32,000 nt of DNA from Candidatus Paracaedimonas acanthamoebae (GTDB lineage: Bacteria > Pseudomonadota > Alphaproteobacteria > Caedimonadales > Caedimonadaceae), in the NCBI GenBank assembly GCA_000743035.1, contig CP008940.1, positions 30,001 through 62,000 on the forward strand. Reading direction: 5' to 3'. Positions within the stretch are counted from its first letter, which is position 1; each line of letters starts with the position of its first letter. The position numbers and the translations under genes were made by a program. The notes beneath the pieces were generated by a model that saw nothing but the letters and a program-made list of their open reading frames with translations, was not told where the DNA came from and did no database searches. Shown piece by piece: positions 24,251-32,000 of this stretch.

Positions 24251-24616
24251 TTAGTAAGGATTAGATTTAAGGGGTGAAGTGTGATCTTTTGATTTCATAA
24301 ATTGCTGGATCATTACTTTTTTTCCTCGGTATTCACACTCTTGTTTAAGAGTATTATCAGGATCATTTTGAAGGTGTTCTGTTGCATAGAGAAGCACGCC
24401 TAAAAGAATGGTTGCTTTCTCCCGTGCTATAGGGTCAAGTTGCAGATCATCACCTGGATTAATCTCTAAGAACTCAGCAAGGCCTGATTTTAAAATGAGG
24501 CCACCCAACTGTATTTTTGTTCTATTTTCGGCTTTACGATCACTCACTTCAAAACGCTTAAGTTTACGATTGTGGTGTTCTAAATCCCAAGAGTTTTTAT
24601 TAAATTGTTGCTTCAT
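24251..24616 (-). CDS. traD: Ti-type conjugal transfer protein TraD (Dtr accessory protein)
   Basis: DRKAENRTKIQLGGLILKSGL...ATILLGVLL matches the TraD_Ti family core (..DTR.KI.LGGL..KAGL....LLG.L). ATG at 24616 lies 1 nt after the traC-like stop (TAAAATG coupling). The track start at 24682 is GTG and would overlap by 65 nt. Confidence 0.65.
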   Translation of the reverse strand: MKQQFNKNSWDLEHHNRKLKRFEVSDRKAENRTKIQLGGLILKSGLAEFLEINPGDDLQLDPIAREKATILLGVLLYATEHLQNDPDNTLKQECEYRGKKVMIQQFMKSKDHTSPLKSNPY

Positions 24617-24617
24617 T

Positions 24618-24917
24618 TTATGCAGCTTTTTGTGAAGATAATTGAGGAGCTTTTGCTCTTTTTTGTGAGGAAGTTCTGCCACAAAATTTCTGAGCAGCTA
24701 GTAGCCATCTCTCCTTAAGTTCAGGTTTCTTTTGCGCTTCCTCAATCACCTGTAAAAGCCCCCCAATAAGCATCATAGGCTCAAGATTGAGAGAAGGGAT
24801 TTTATTCAAGAGGGATAAGAACTCTTCATTTTTCTTTTGCTGAAGTTCAGCGATTTCTTTCTCTAATTTTGCTTTTTGTTCTTCAAGTTTAGTGATCTTT
24901 TTTTCAATTGCTTGCAT
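24618..24917 (-). CDS. TraC-like (Ti-type) Dtr accessory protein, tentative
   Basis: 99 aa with an N-terminal coiled coil KKITKLEEQKAKLEKEIAELQQKK, then LIGGLLQVIEEAQKKPELKERW. It is the first gene divergent from traA across the oriT-like region, as traC is in Ti plasmids. Sequence similarity was judged only by layout. Confidence 0.4.
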   Translation of the reverse strand: MQAIEKKITKLEEQKAKLEKEIAELQQKKNEEFLSLLNKIPSLNLEPMMLIGGLLQVIEEAQKKPELKERWLLAAQKFCGRTSSQKRAKAPQLSSQKAA

Positions 24918-25019
24918 GATTCATTTCTTTCCAAAAGTTAATAATAATTCTTTCTTTGGAAAGCTCCCCACAGCTTCATAAGAATAAAAATATATAAGCA
25001 AAAAAGCAGCAGTCCTGCA

Positions 25020-25085
25020 AGAGTTTTGTATCAAAACTCTATAGGCGCATTTAACGACGATTAAAAATCGTCTTGTGCGGCCCTG
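25020..25085 (+). promoter_or_regulatory. predicted oriT: two hairpins followed by a MOBQ-like nick-region core
   Basis: IR1 is AGAGTTTTG-TAT-CAAAACTCT (25020-25040). IR2 is GACGATT-AAA-AATCGTC (25056-25072). TTGTGCGGCCCTG (25073-25085) follows immediately and resembles the RSF1010/Ti core ..GTGCGCCCT.. (from memory). It lies between divergent traC-like and traA genes. Confidence 0.5.
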
Positions 25086-25106
25086 CGGGCGGCTGTATAT
25101 TGTCGT

Positions 25107-28100
25107 ATGGCTATCTATTATGCAGACACAAGTTACATCTCAAGAAATGGAGCAGGTTCCGTCTGCTCACATTCTGCGTATATATCTGCTTCAATTGCTC
25201 ATGATCAACGTACAGGAATGACCTGGGATTATTCTGGAAAAGCCCAAGAACTCTTAGCCACAAATATTATTGCACCAGAGGGGTCACCTGAGTGGGTATA
25301 TGATCATGAAACTCTCTGGAATCGAGTTGAAGAGTTTGAAGATTATATTGCTGATAAAAGATACAAAGGACACAAAGATGAAGTTAAAAATGCCAAAAGC
25401 CTTGCTGCAAAAGAGAAGTTTTTAAAGACCTGTAAGACAGGGTACAAGCTTACTTTTGCTCTTCCTTTAGAGATCACAAATAAAGAACATCTCATAGAGC
25501 TTTCAGAGCGCCTTGTTAAGGAATGTTATGTCGCTCATGGCCTTGTTACTCAGTATGCCATTCATGATAAAAAGGGAAATCCTCACCTTCATATTTTGGC
25601 GACCACAAGGCCTCTTGTTGATGAAGTTTTCTCAGAAAAAAGACATGTTATTGAAAAGCCGCAGCTTAAAATATTGCGTTCCCAGCTTGCCAAAATCTCT
25701 AATCAATTTGCTCAAGAAAAAGGATATGACTACCACCTTGATCCCCGTTCTTACGAAGACCAAGGGCTTAAAGTTGTCCCCACAAAAAAGATTGGGCCTC
25801 ATGGGTTTCATAAGCTTCAAGAACGCTCTTACAAAGTTCAAGAAAATGAAGAAATCCGCCACCAAAATATTGAGATTTTTCTCAAGCATCCTGAAGAACT
25901 TATCAAGATTGTGGCCTCTCAAAAAGCTGTATTTACTCAAGTTGATTTAGCCAAAGAGATCTTTAAACGCGTTGCGGGAGACGAGAAACTTTATGCTGTT
26001 TTAAAGGCTAAAGTGGATGGAATTGATCTCCCTAAAGCTGCTATTATTGGTAAAACACTCAATGATAACCTTCTTTATGAGAGCAAGAGTCTTCAGTTTA
26101 ACACTCACGATTACAGCCGCACGATTGATCGTTTTACAGCTCAGCTTTTGTCTCAACACACGGCACTTTATTTAGGTGAAAATGTTAAAGGTCAAACCTT
26201 TTACACTTCTCAAGAAATGAAAGATCTTGAGACTACAATTGCTCAAACTGTGGATCTTTTGAAGCAAAGAAAAATGCCTCAAATTTCTGAAAAACATACA
26301 AGCAACTCCATTGAAAAGGTTCAAAAACAAGAAGGTCTCACTTTTACTCAAGAACAAAGAGAAGCCATAGATCATCTTCTTATCCCGCAAGCGATTTCTG
26401 TGCTGACAGGCAAAGCTGGGACAGGAAAGAGTACTGTCCTTAAGCCTGTGGTGGACGCTTATCAGAAAACCGGGATGACAGTCATTGGCGTTGCCTTCCA
26501 AGGAAAGGTGGCTGATCAACTGTCTTATGAATTAGGGATTGAAGGCTATACGCTTGATCAGCTGAAGAAGAGGTGGAGTAAGCAAGACAACTTAAAAAGG
26601 CTGATTGAAAACAAAGAGCTTAAAGGCCAAGCTTTGGCCAAAGCTAAAGCAGAAGTTAAGCGTCTTCAAGAATGGCGATTCTCAAAAAAGCATGTAGTCA
26701 TCCTTGATGAAGGAAGTATGGTGAGCGGCTCTTTGTGGAGCAGGTTACTTCAAGAAGTTGAGAGATCAGGCGCTCAGCTTCGCATTGTTCAAGATAATAA
26801 GCAGATTAAAGCACTTGAGGGGTTGGATGCGACAAGACTGGTTGAAGAGAAGGTAGGCGCTTATGAGATCCAAGGCGTTGTACGTCAACGCGAGAAGTGG
26901 ATGCGAGAAGCTTCAGCGCTATTGAATGAGCACAGTATTGAAGAAGGATTAAAGCCTTATGATGAAAAAGGTCACTTTGATTATAGAGAAACAGATTACG
27001 GGGCTAAGATCTCTCTTGTGGCAGATTACTTAGAAGGACTTGAGAAGAATCCTCACCAAACTCATATGGCGATAGCGCAGAAGAATAAGGATGTTATCGC
27101 ACTCAATGAGTTGATAAGAGGTGCTTTGAGCAGCCAAGGTAAACTTGGTAGCCAAGAGTTTGTTTTTGGTCAAAAAGGACAAGGCATTTTTGAAAGTCGT
27201 CAAGATGTAGGCAGCCTTCAAAGTCAGTATTCTACAAAATCAGCTCAGGGGCGGAGATTTGCTGTTGGAGATCGGGTGATGTTCCTCTCCAATGATCATA
27301 AAGGATGGCATGTTAAAACTTTAGAAAAGGGGAAGAGCGAAAAGCAAGGGGTTAAGAATGGCACATTAGGAGTCTTAGAGGCTTTTGACCTTAAGCGACA
27401 AACCGTGGAGATCCGACTTCCTGATGGAAGATTAGTGGGATTTGATACTAAAGGGTATGACGACGCCTTAACTCATGGCTATGCAGTGACCATCAATAAA
27501 TCTCAAGGTGCTACCTTTGATCATTCTTATGGGTTGTTCAGCTCTTTTAATGCCAATCAGCTTTTAATTTGGTTAACTCGTCATAAAGAAAGCTTTAAGG
27601 GGTACGTTTCTAAAGGAATTGCTTCTGATCTTAAAGGAATGGTCAGTCATGTGGCCCGTGCTGATTATAAGGGCTTAAGTACAGATTATGATCTTCCTGA
27701 CCATCAAAAACCTTACTTTAATCTTGTGCAGCAGTATTGGAAGATCTCTCAAGAGGCTGGAAATTTAAGGGTACGCATTGAAGAGATCAGCCACCAAGCA
27801 GAGAAAGCCGGAAAAGAGGTTTCTTTGGCTGATCAGTGGGAGCAGTATAAGTCTCTTATTGAAGCTCGCAATCAAGGTGCGAAAGGTATTCTTAAAGAGT
27901 GGCCTCAATGTTCTTCTTTTCTTCAACAAACAGGGGTAAGACGAGAGGTCCTTGAAGTTCAAGCAGGATTGAAGCAACGGTTATTAAGTTCTGCTGAAGA
28001 AGCATCCCTTGAGAAGGTTGAGGTTTATTTTAAGGTAGCAGACCAAGTAAGAGATTTTTGGAAAGACATCTCTCAAACGCATCCAGGGTCCTTATCTTAT

Positions 28101-31100
28101 GAGCATCCTGAATATAATGACTATGCCAAAGTAAAAGAAATAAGGAATGAGATGGCTTATGAGATGGCTAGTTTCCCTCAACTGTATAAGCCTTTCTTTA
28201 AAGTTCAAGAACAGGGGGAATCTTATGTCACTTATAGTGGCACTCTTTATGAGCAAAGGCCTCAAAGCTTTAAAGCTGTTTTGGCTCAAGCAGAGCAGTA
28301 TATAGCTTTCAAGCGTGTAGAAAGATATGAATCTACGCTAACGTTCCACGAACGTACAGCTTACAAACAGGTTCAAGATTATAGATCTTTCCATCACATG
28401 AGCGTTGCCGCCTATAAGCAGCTCCCTGAGCTTGAGAAGATTGCTGCCTCACCTGCTGTGGTTGAAGCGCATCAGCAGAAGATGAAAGAGTTTGCAGGTC
28501 ACCGAGATAAGCTGGCTTATGATCTCCTCTCCAATTATGACCAAGCCTCTCCCTTTATTGAGAAGTTAGGGCTTAAAGAAGAGATGCTCTTAAAGCATGC
28601 AGTTTTTGGAGAAGTCAGAGGTATTGTTGAAGCCTATAAGACAGCTGACACCTTAGAGGCAAGAGTACAGATGGCGGATAAGTTGGTCTCTTTTGTCTTT
28701 AAAGAAGAGGGGGGTGTTGATAAGCCGCTTTATGGCCTTCTCAAAGAGCAAGGGGTTGATCTTCAAAAGCTCAAGTTTGAGCAAGGATGTCTTAAAGCGC
28801 AACAGCAAGGTAAAGATTTATCCATCCATAATTTGGATGAGCTTGATCAGGTGTATACTGACCTTTCCACCTATCGCTCCCTTCATCAAGAGGTGGCCAA
28901 AGAATGGGAGATTATTAAAACGTCTGCGACTCAAAAGGTTACTGAAGTTCAAGAGCAGCAAATTAAAACACTTAATCTCTTGGAGACCACTAACAAGCTT
29001 GAGCGATCCCACCTTGAGGAAGAAGCTATTTCTGCCCTTAAGCTCAAAGCCTCAAATACACAAACGCTTGCTTATATTAATAACCATATCCGCCTCACTG
29101 TAAATGGGGTAGAGAACTGGTCAGATCTTAAAGAAGAGGTTCAAGGCCGTCAGCTTGAGTTGGATCAGTTTCATACTTCTCTTCAAAAAGGAAGAAGTGG
29201 CTATGTTGAGATTTATACAAGAGGGGGACAAACTAGTTCTTGGAGTTCATTAAGAACACAAAAGCTTGAAAAAGCTAAGTCCTTAATGAGGACCTATTCT
29301 AACGTTCACCATTCTTTGCCTCACCACGAATATGATCGCCTTTTTAAAGAAGCGCATGCCCAAGAAATGACAGAGCAGGTCAGACACTTTAAGCAAGCTT
29401 CTCCTCAAGAAAAGCCAAAGCTAGCTCAAGAGATTCAAGAGTGGCTTTCTTTGGAGCAAGATGAACGTCTTACTTACACTTTAACAGCCCTCAAGCAAGA
29501 AAAAGTTTCTGTTGAGACTCTTCATCTTTATGAAAAGATCTTAGCTTTACCTCTCGAAAAACAAGGCGACGTCTCTCTTCTATTAGAGGGATATAGTGAG
29601 GCCAAGCAAAGATTCTCCGATATCTGGCAAGGATATTCTGAGCAAGCAGACCTTAAATTGGCAGGTGAAAAGGTTGCCTATCAAGAACACGTCCTTGCAC
29701 TTGAAGCTCAGCTTCATGCTAAGAATGCCAAATATAATCCACACTTGTTTGTTGAGCGAACGATTCAAAGAACAACTCACGCTCTTAAAAAAGCAAAATT
29801 GACCTCTCAAGACTGGACATCCTTTGAGAAAGAAAGAGATGGTCAAAATGCCGCCAAAGAGGCTCTTGAACATAAAGTTCAGATTTGGATAGAAAAAGGA
29901 GCTCAAACCTATGGATGGAATTTAAATACCCCAGAACAAGGGAGTGTTCAAAAAGAGATTATCTCTCTTGCCCTGAAACAAAATGATTTGTTCGAGAAAA
30001 AGCTTAATGAAATTAATCAAATTATTAAGTCAGAAAATCAAGAAATTCCACGTCTTGCTATCGCCGCAGGTAAAAGGAATAAGGCTGCTTTTGATCTAAT
30101 CCAAGGGGGATTTGTCTCTCAAAATCAAGAAGTATTCGACCCCTCTTTAAGACAAGTGAAAGATCAAGCTTTACGGTATGCGTGCTCAAGTTATCGCCTT
30201 CAAAAGATTCATGAGAGAGATCCTGAGAAGTTTAAAGATCACGCTGTTGTTTTGTTCTTAAAAGACCAGTTGAGCTTGGGAGATGAAAAGGTACAAGGGC
30301 GCATTCAAAAGGCTTTAGATAAAGCTGGACTGACCTTGGATGGGCACCTCATTGAGCAGGACGAGAGAAGGCTTATCCCTGGCAAGAGTCAAGCAGAGCT
30401 TTCTTATCGAGAAGAGCGTGAGGCTGAGAGATACACAGAAAAGAAAGGGCACCCTCTCCCCAAAGCTTATAAAACACCTCTTTATGATAAAGAAGATGTC
30501 CTCTCAAGCCTTACAAAATCACACATTGAAGAGATATTTGCGCGTCATATTGACCTGTGGGTGACGAATCCTAAGCCTACTTACCGCTCTCATGAAATAA
30601 GATATGGCTCTAAAGGAGGATTTGTCATCTATCGGGATCAAAGCACCTGGAGTAACTTTAAAACGGGTGAAGGTGGGGACATCTTTAATTATGTGAGCAA
30701 ATCACTTAACATTTCTTATAAAGACGCCATTAAGCAGATAGGAGAAGAGATTAATGCCCCTCAATTGATATCCATCAATTGGGAAGAAAGAGCACAAAAG
30801 CATAATGAGCTTAAACTCCAAGCTGAGATAGAAGAAAAGGCTAAAATTGAGAAGTCACAAGCCACTACAAAAAATCTTTATGATACTTCACACCCCATTC
30901 AAGGAACGCTTGCCGAGCAGTACTTAAGAGAACACCGTAAAATTGAGACTGCCAAGCTGCCTCAAGATTTAAGGTTTATTCCTGAATTTAGAGACTATGA
31001 TTCTCAAATGAGCTATCCAGCCTTAGTAGCTTTTGCAAGAGATGCTGGAGGAAAGCTGACCTCAGCTCAAGTGACATGCTTAGACCCTGATACAGCTCAT

Positions 31101-32000
31101 AAGGCCGATATTGACGTTAAAAAGCGCTCTGTAGGGTCTATTAAAGGCACGGCTGTTGAGATTCAATCAAAGGAAGGTCCTACTTATGTTGCAGAAGGAG
31201 TAGAAACAGCACTTTCCTTGAAAGAGGCAGGAGCGAATGGTAGAATTCTTGTATCATTAGGCCTTTCCAACATGCGCAATGTAGGAAGCCATATTAAAGA
31301 CAAGGGTCAGCCTGTTATCTTATGTTGTGATGCAGATGAGGTAGGCTCTCCAGCTTGGAAATCATCCGAGCAAAATCTAAAGAAACTTCAAGAAGAGGGG
31401 TTCAAAGCCTCTATTATTAGACCACAAGGAGGAAATGGCCGTGACTTTAATGATATTCTTCAAGAAGAAGGGATTGCTGCTGTTCAAAGCGCTCTTAAGG
31501 ATGTTGCTTTATTCAAAGAGAGACTCTCCCAAAAGGAAACCCTATTTCCACAACACACTCCTCTCCACGCCTCTGAAACAGAAATTATTTCTCCTGAATT
31601 GGGCAAGTCAGCAGAGACTCAGGAAGAAATAAAATCCCCCTATGATAAACTTAATTTCTTAGAGCTTTTCCTAGAATGTAAAGACAAGCTCCAAAAATTA
31701 CCTTCCTTTATTGAAGCAAATAAGGATGAAAAACCGCTTGTTATGGAATTAAATCAACAAGAGAGATACCATGCCCATCAAATTTGGAAGAATGAAAGCT
31801 TGAAACATGAAGCATACGTCTTAGGACTTGAAGAAGAAATCAAGAAGAAAGCTCGTTTTTATCAATATGATTTAGCATGGAGTGTCAATTATCAAGAGAG
31901 CAAACAAGATCTATCTTCTCAAGAAAAAGATAATCATAACGCTTTAGAGCATTATTTGATGTGCAAAGAGAAGCTACAGCAGCTTCCCAATTTTATTGAA
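25107..32000 (+). CDS. traA: TraA: MobA/MobL relaxase, RecD/TraA-type helicase, long helical region, Toprim primase-like domain; 3' partial (at least 2298 codons, open to window end)
   Basis: This frame is not in the ORF track, which lists only ORFs closed by a stop; all listed + ORFs here are in another frame. I read the frame at several checkpoints but did not translate all of it by hand. Checkpoints: MAIYYADTSYISRNG...IHDKKGNPHLHILATTRP (relaxase); VLTGKAGTGKST (Walker A, nt 26400-26435); THGYAVTINKSQGATFDHSY (helicase C-terminal motif, ~27475); YGSKGGFVIYRDQSTWSNFKTGEGGDIFNYV (~30600); YVAEGVETALS...VILCCDADEVG...GRDFNDIL (Toprim, ~31185-31460). Confidence 0.9.
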   Translation, partial: MAIYYADTSYISRNGAGSVCSHSAYISASIAHDQRTGMTWDYSGKAQELLATNIIAPEGSPEWVYDHETLWNRVEEFEDYIADKRYKGHKDEVKNAKSLAAKEKFLKTCKTGYKLTFALPLEITNKEHLIELSERLVKECYVAHGLVTQYAIHDKKGNPHLHILATTRPLVDEVFSEKRHVIEKPQLKILRSQLAKISNQFAQEKGYDYHLDPRSYEDQGLKVVPTKKIGPHGFHKLQERSYKVQENEEIRHQNIEIFLKHPEELIKIVASQKAVFTQVDLAKEIFKRVAGDEKLYAVLKAKVDGIDLPKAAIIGKTLNDNLLYESKSLQFNTHDYSRTIDRFTAQLLSQHTALYLGENVKGQTFYTSQEMKDLETTIAQTVDLLKQRKMPQISEKHTSNSIEKVQKQEGLTFTQEQREAIDHLLIPQAISVLTGKAGTGKSTVLKPVVDAYQKTGMTVIGVAFQGKVADQLSYELGIEGYTLDQLKKRWSKQDNLKRLIENKELKGQALAKAKAEVKRLQEWRFSKKHVVILDEGSMVSGSLWSRLLQEVERSGAQLRIVQDNKQIKALEGLDATRLVEEKVGAYEIQGVVRQREKWMREASALLNEHSIEEGLKPYDEKGHFDYRETDYGAKISLVADYLEGLEKNPHQTHMAIAQKNKDVIALNELIRGALSSQGKLGSQEFVFGQKGQGIFESRQDVGSLQSQYSTKSAQGRRFAVGDRVMFLSNDHKGWHVKTLEKGKSEKQGVKNGTLGVLEAFDLKRQTVEIRLPDGRLVGFDTKGYDDALTHGYAVTINKSQGATFDHSYGLFSSFNANQLLIWLTRHKESFKGYVSKGIASDLKGMVSHVARADYKGLSTDYDLPDHQKPYFNLVQQYWKISQEAGNLRVRIEEISHQAEKAGKEVSLADQWEQYKSLIEARNQGAKGILKEWPQCSSFLQQTGVRREVLEVQAGLKQRLLSSAEEASLEKVEVYFKVADQVRDFWKDISQTHPGSLSYEHPEYNDYAKVKEIRNEMAYEMASFPQLYKPFFKVQEQGESYVTYSGTLYEQRPQSFKAVLAQAEQYIAFKRVERYESTLTFHERTAYKQVQDYRSFHHMSVAAYKQLPELEKIAASPAVVEAHQQKMKEFAGHRDKLAYDLLSNYDQASPFIEKLGLKEEMLLKHAVFGEVRGIVEAYKTADTLEARVQMADKLVSFVFKEEGGVDKPLYGLLKEQGVDLQKLKFEQGCLKAQQQGKDLSIHNLDELDQVYTDLSTYRSLHQEVAKEWEIIKTSATQKVTEVQEQQIKTLNLLETTNKLERSHLEEEAISALKLKASNTQTLAYINNHIRLTVNGVENWSDLKEEVQGRQLELDQFHTSLQKGRSGYVEIYTRGGQTSSWSSLRTQKLEKAKSLMRTYSNVHHSLPHHEYDRLFKEAHAQEMTEQVRHFKQASPQEKPKLAQEIQEWLSLEQDERLTYTLTALKQEKVSVETLHLYEKILALPLEKQGDVSLLLEGYSEAKQRFSDIWQGYSEQADLKLAGEKVAYQEHVLALEAQLHAKNAKYNPHLFVERTIQRTTHALKKAKLTSQDWTSFEKERDGQNAAKEALEHKVQIWIEKGAQTYGWNLNTPEQGSVQKEIISLALKQNDLFEKKLNEINQIIKSENQEIPRLAIAAGKRNKAAFDLIQGGFVSQNQEVFDPSLRQVKDQALRYACSSYRLQKIHERDPEKFKDHAVVLFLKDQLSLGDEKVQGRIQKALDKAGLTLDGHLIEQDERRLIPGKSQAELSYREEREAERYTEKKGHPLPKAYKTPLYDKEDVLSSLTKSHIEEIFARHIDLWVTNPKPTYRSHEIRYGSKGGFVIYRDQSTWSNFKTGEGGDIFNYVSKSLNISYKDAIKQIGEEINAPQLISINWEERAQKHNELKLQAEIEEKAKIEKSQATTKNLYDTSHPIQGTLAEQYLREHRKIETAKLPQDLRFIPEFRDYDSQMSYPALVAFARDAGGKLTSAQVTCLDPDTAHKADIDVKKRSVGSIKGTAVEIQSKEGPTYVAEGVETALSLKEAGANGRILVSLGLSNMRNVGSHIKDKGQPVILCCDADEVGSPAWKSSEQNLKKLQEEGFKASIIRPQGGNGRDFNDILQEEGIAAVQSALKDVALFKERLSQKETLFPQHTPLHASETEIISPELGKSAETQEEIKSPYDKLNFLELFLECKDKLQKLPSFIEANKDEKPLVMELNQQERYHAHQIWKNESLKHEAYVLGLEEEIKKKARFYQYDLAWSVNYQESKQDLSSQEKDNHNALEHYLMCKEKLQQLPNFIE

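Noticed and set aside
24617-24682. Longer traD start (GTG 24682) overlapping the traC-like gene by 65 nt
   Set aside because: ATG 24616 gives a classic stop/start coupling (TAAAATG). The extra 22 residues show no conservation signal. The call remains uncertain.
25513-31632. Track ORFs inside traA (25513-25950, 28693-29103, 29596-29802, 30340-30564, 31435-31632 on plus; 25632-25940, 26172-26519, 27030-27221, 27765-27977, 28092-28289, 28818-29012, 29583-29906 on minus)
   Set aside because: All lie in frames other than the traA frame that starts at ATG 25107. Their translations are Leu/Lys/Phe-rich noise typical of off-frame AT-rich coding DNA.
1-32000. CRISPR arrays, tRNA/rRNA genes, group II introns, integron attC arrays
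   Set aside because: Scanning by eye found no regularly spaced short direct repeats, no cloverleaf-like or rRNA-like conserved stretches, no RT/maturase ORF and no integrase. Absence is by eye only and should be confirmed with tRNAscan-SE, Infernal and CRISPR finders.

Overview
This is an AT-rich accessory region (mid-30s % GC by eye; the first ~2.2 kb is much GC-richer) with heavy IS and MITE decay. The gene content is Sel1-repeat proteins, an Rpn-type nuclease, Ti-type TraA/TraD and many IS scraps. By inference only, this suggests an amoeba-associated or obligate intracellular bacterium. The window contains four blocks, in order.
(1) nt 1-3713: the 3' end of a CdiA/FhaB-like polymorphic toxin gene with a VENN-like junction, an AT-rich toxin tip and an adjacent immunity-like gene. 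A ~220-bp orphan copy of an internal toxin segment follows and is cut off by an IS3-family remnant.
(2) nt 5047-11440: an islet of nucleic-acid-directed proteins. It holds two Smr-domain paralogues, an exported pentapeptide-repeat protein, a Phd/YefM-VapC module, and an exported protein with two RNase III domains in one chain (one intact, one degenerate) plus up to three dsRBD-like modules. The large Smr gene and the RNase III gene share a promoter, 5'UTR and signal-peptide cassette.
(3) nt 11665-20900: an IS graveyard. It holds two IS110-family copies and one remnant, one intact IS6-family element and two remnants, IS903-like and IS3-like scraps, and two MITE-like elements. It also holds Sel1-repeat genes and a Sel1 pseudogene, an AbrB-VapC module and a umuC 3' remnant.
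(4) nt 20902-32000: a DNA-transfer module. It holds an Rpn nuclease, a ProQ/FinO-like gene, a relaxase-only paralogue with a degenerate His triad, and traC-like/traD genes divergent from a predicted oriT. It ends with a giant traA (relaxase, helicase, long helical linker, Toprim/primase) that runs off the window end and is therefore absent from the ORF track.
No rRNA, tRNA or CRISPR array was recognised. All family calls come from reading motifs by eye; no database search was run.
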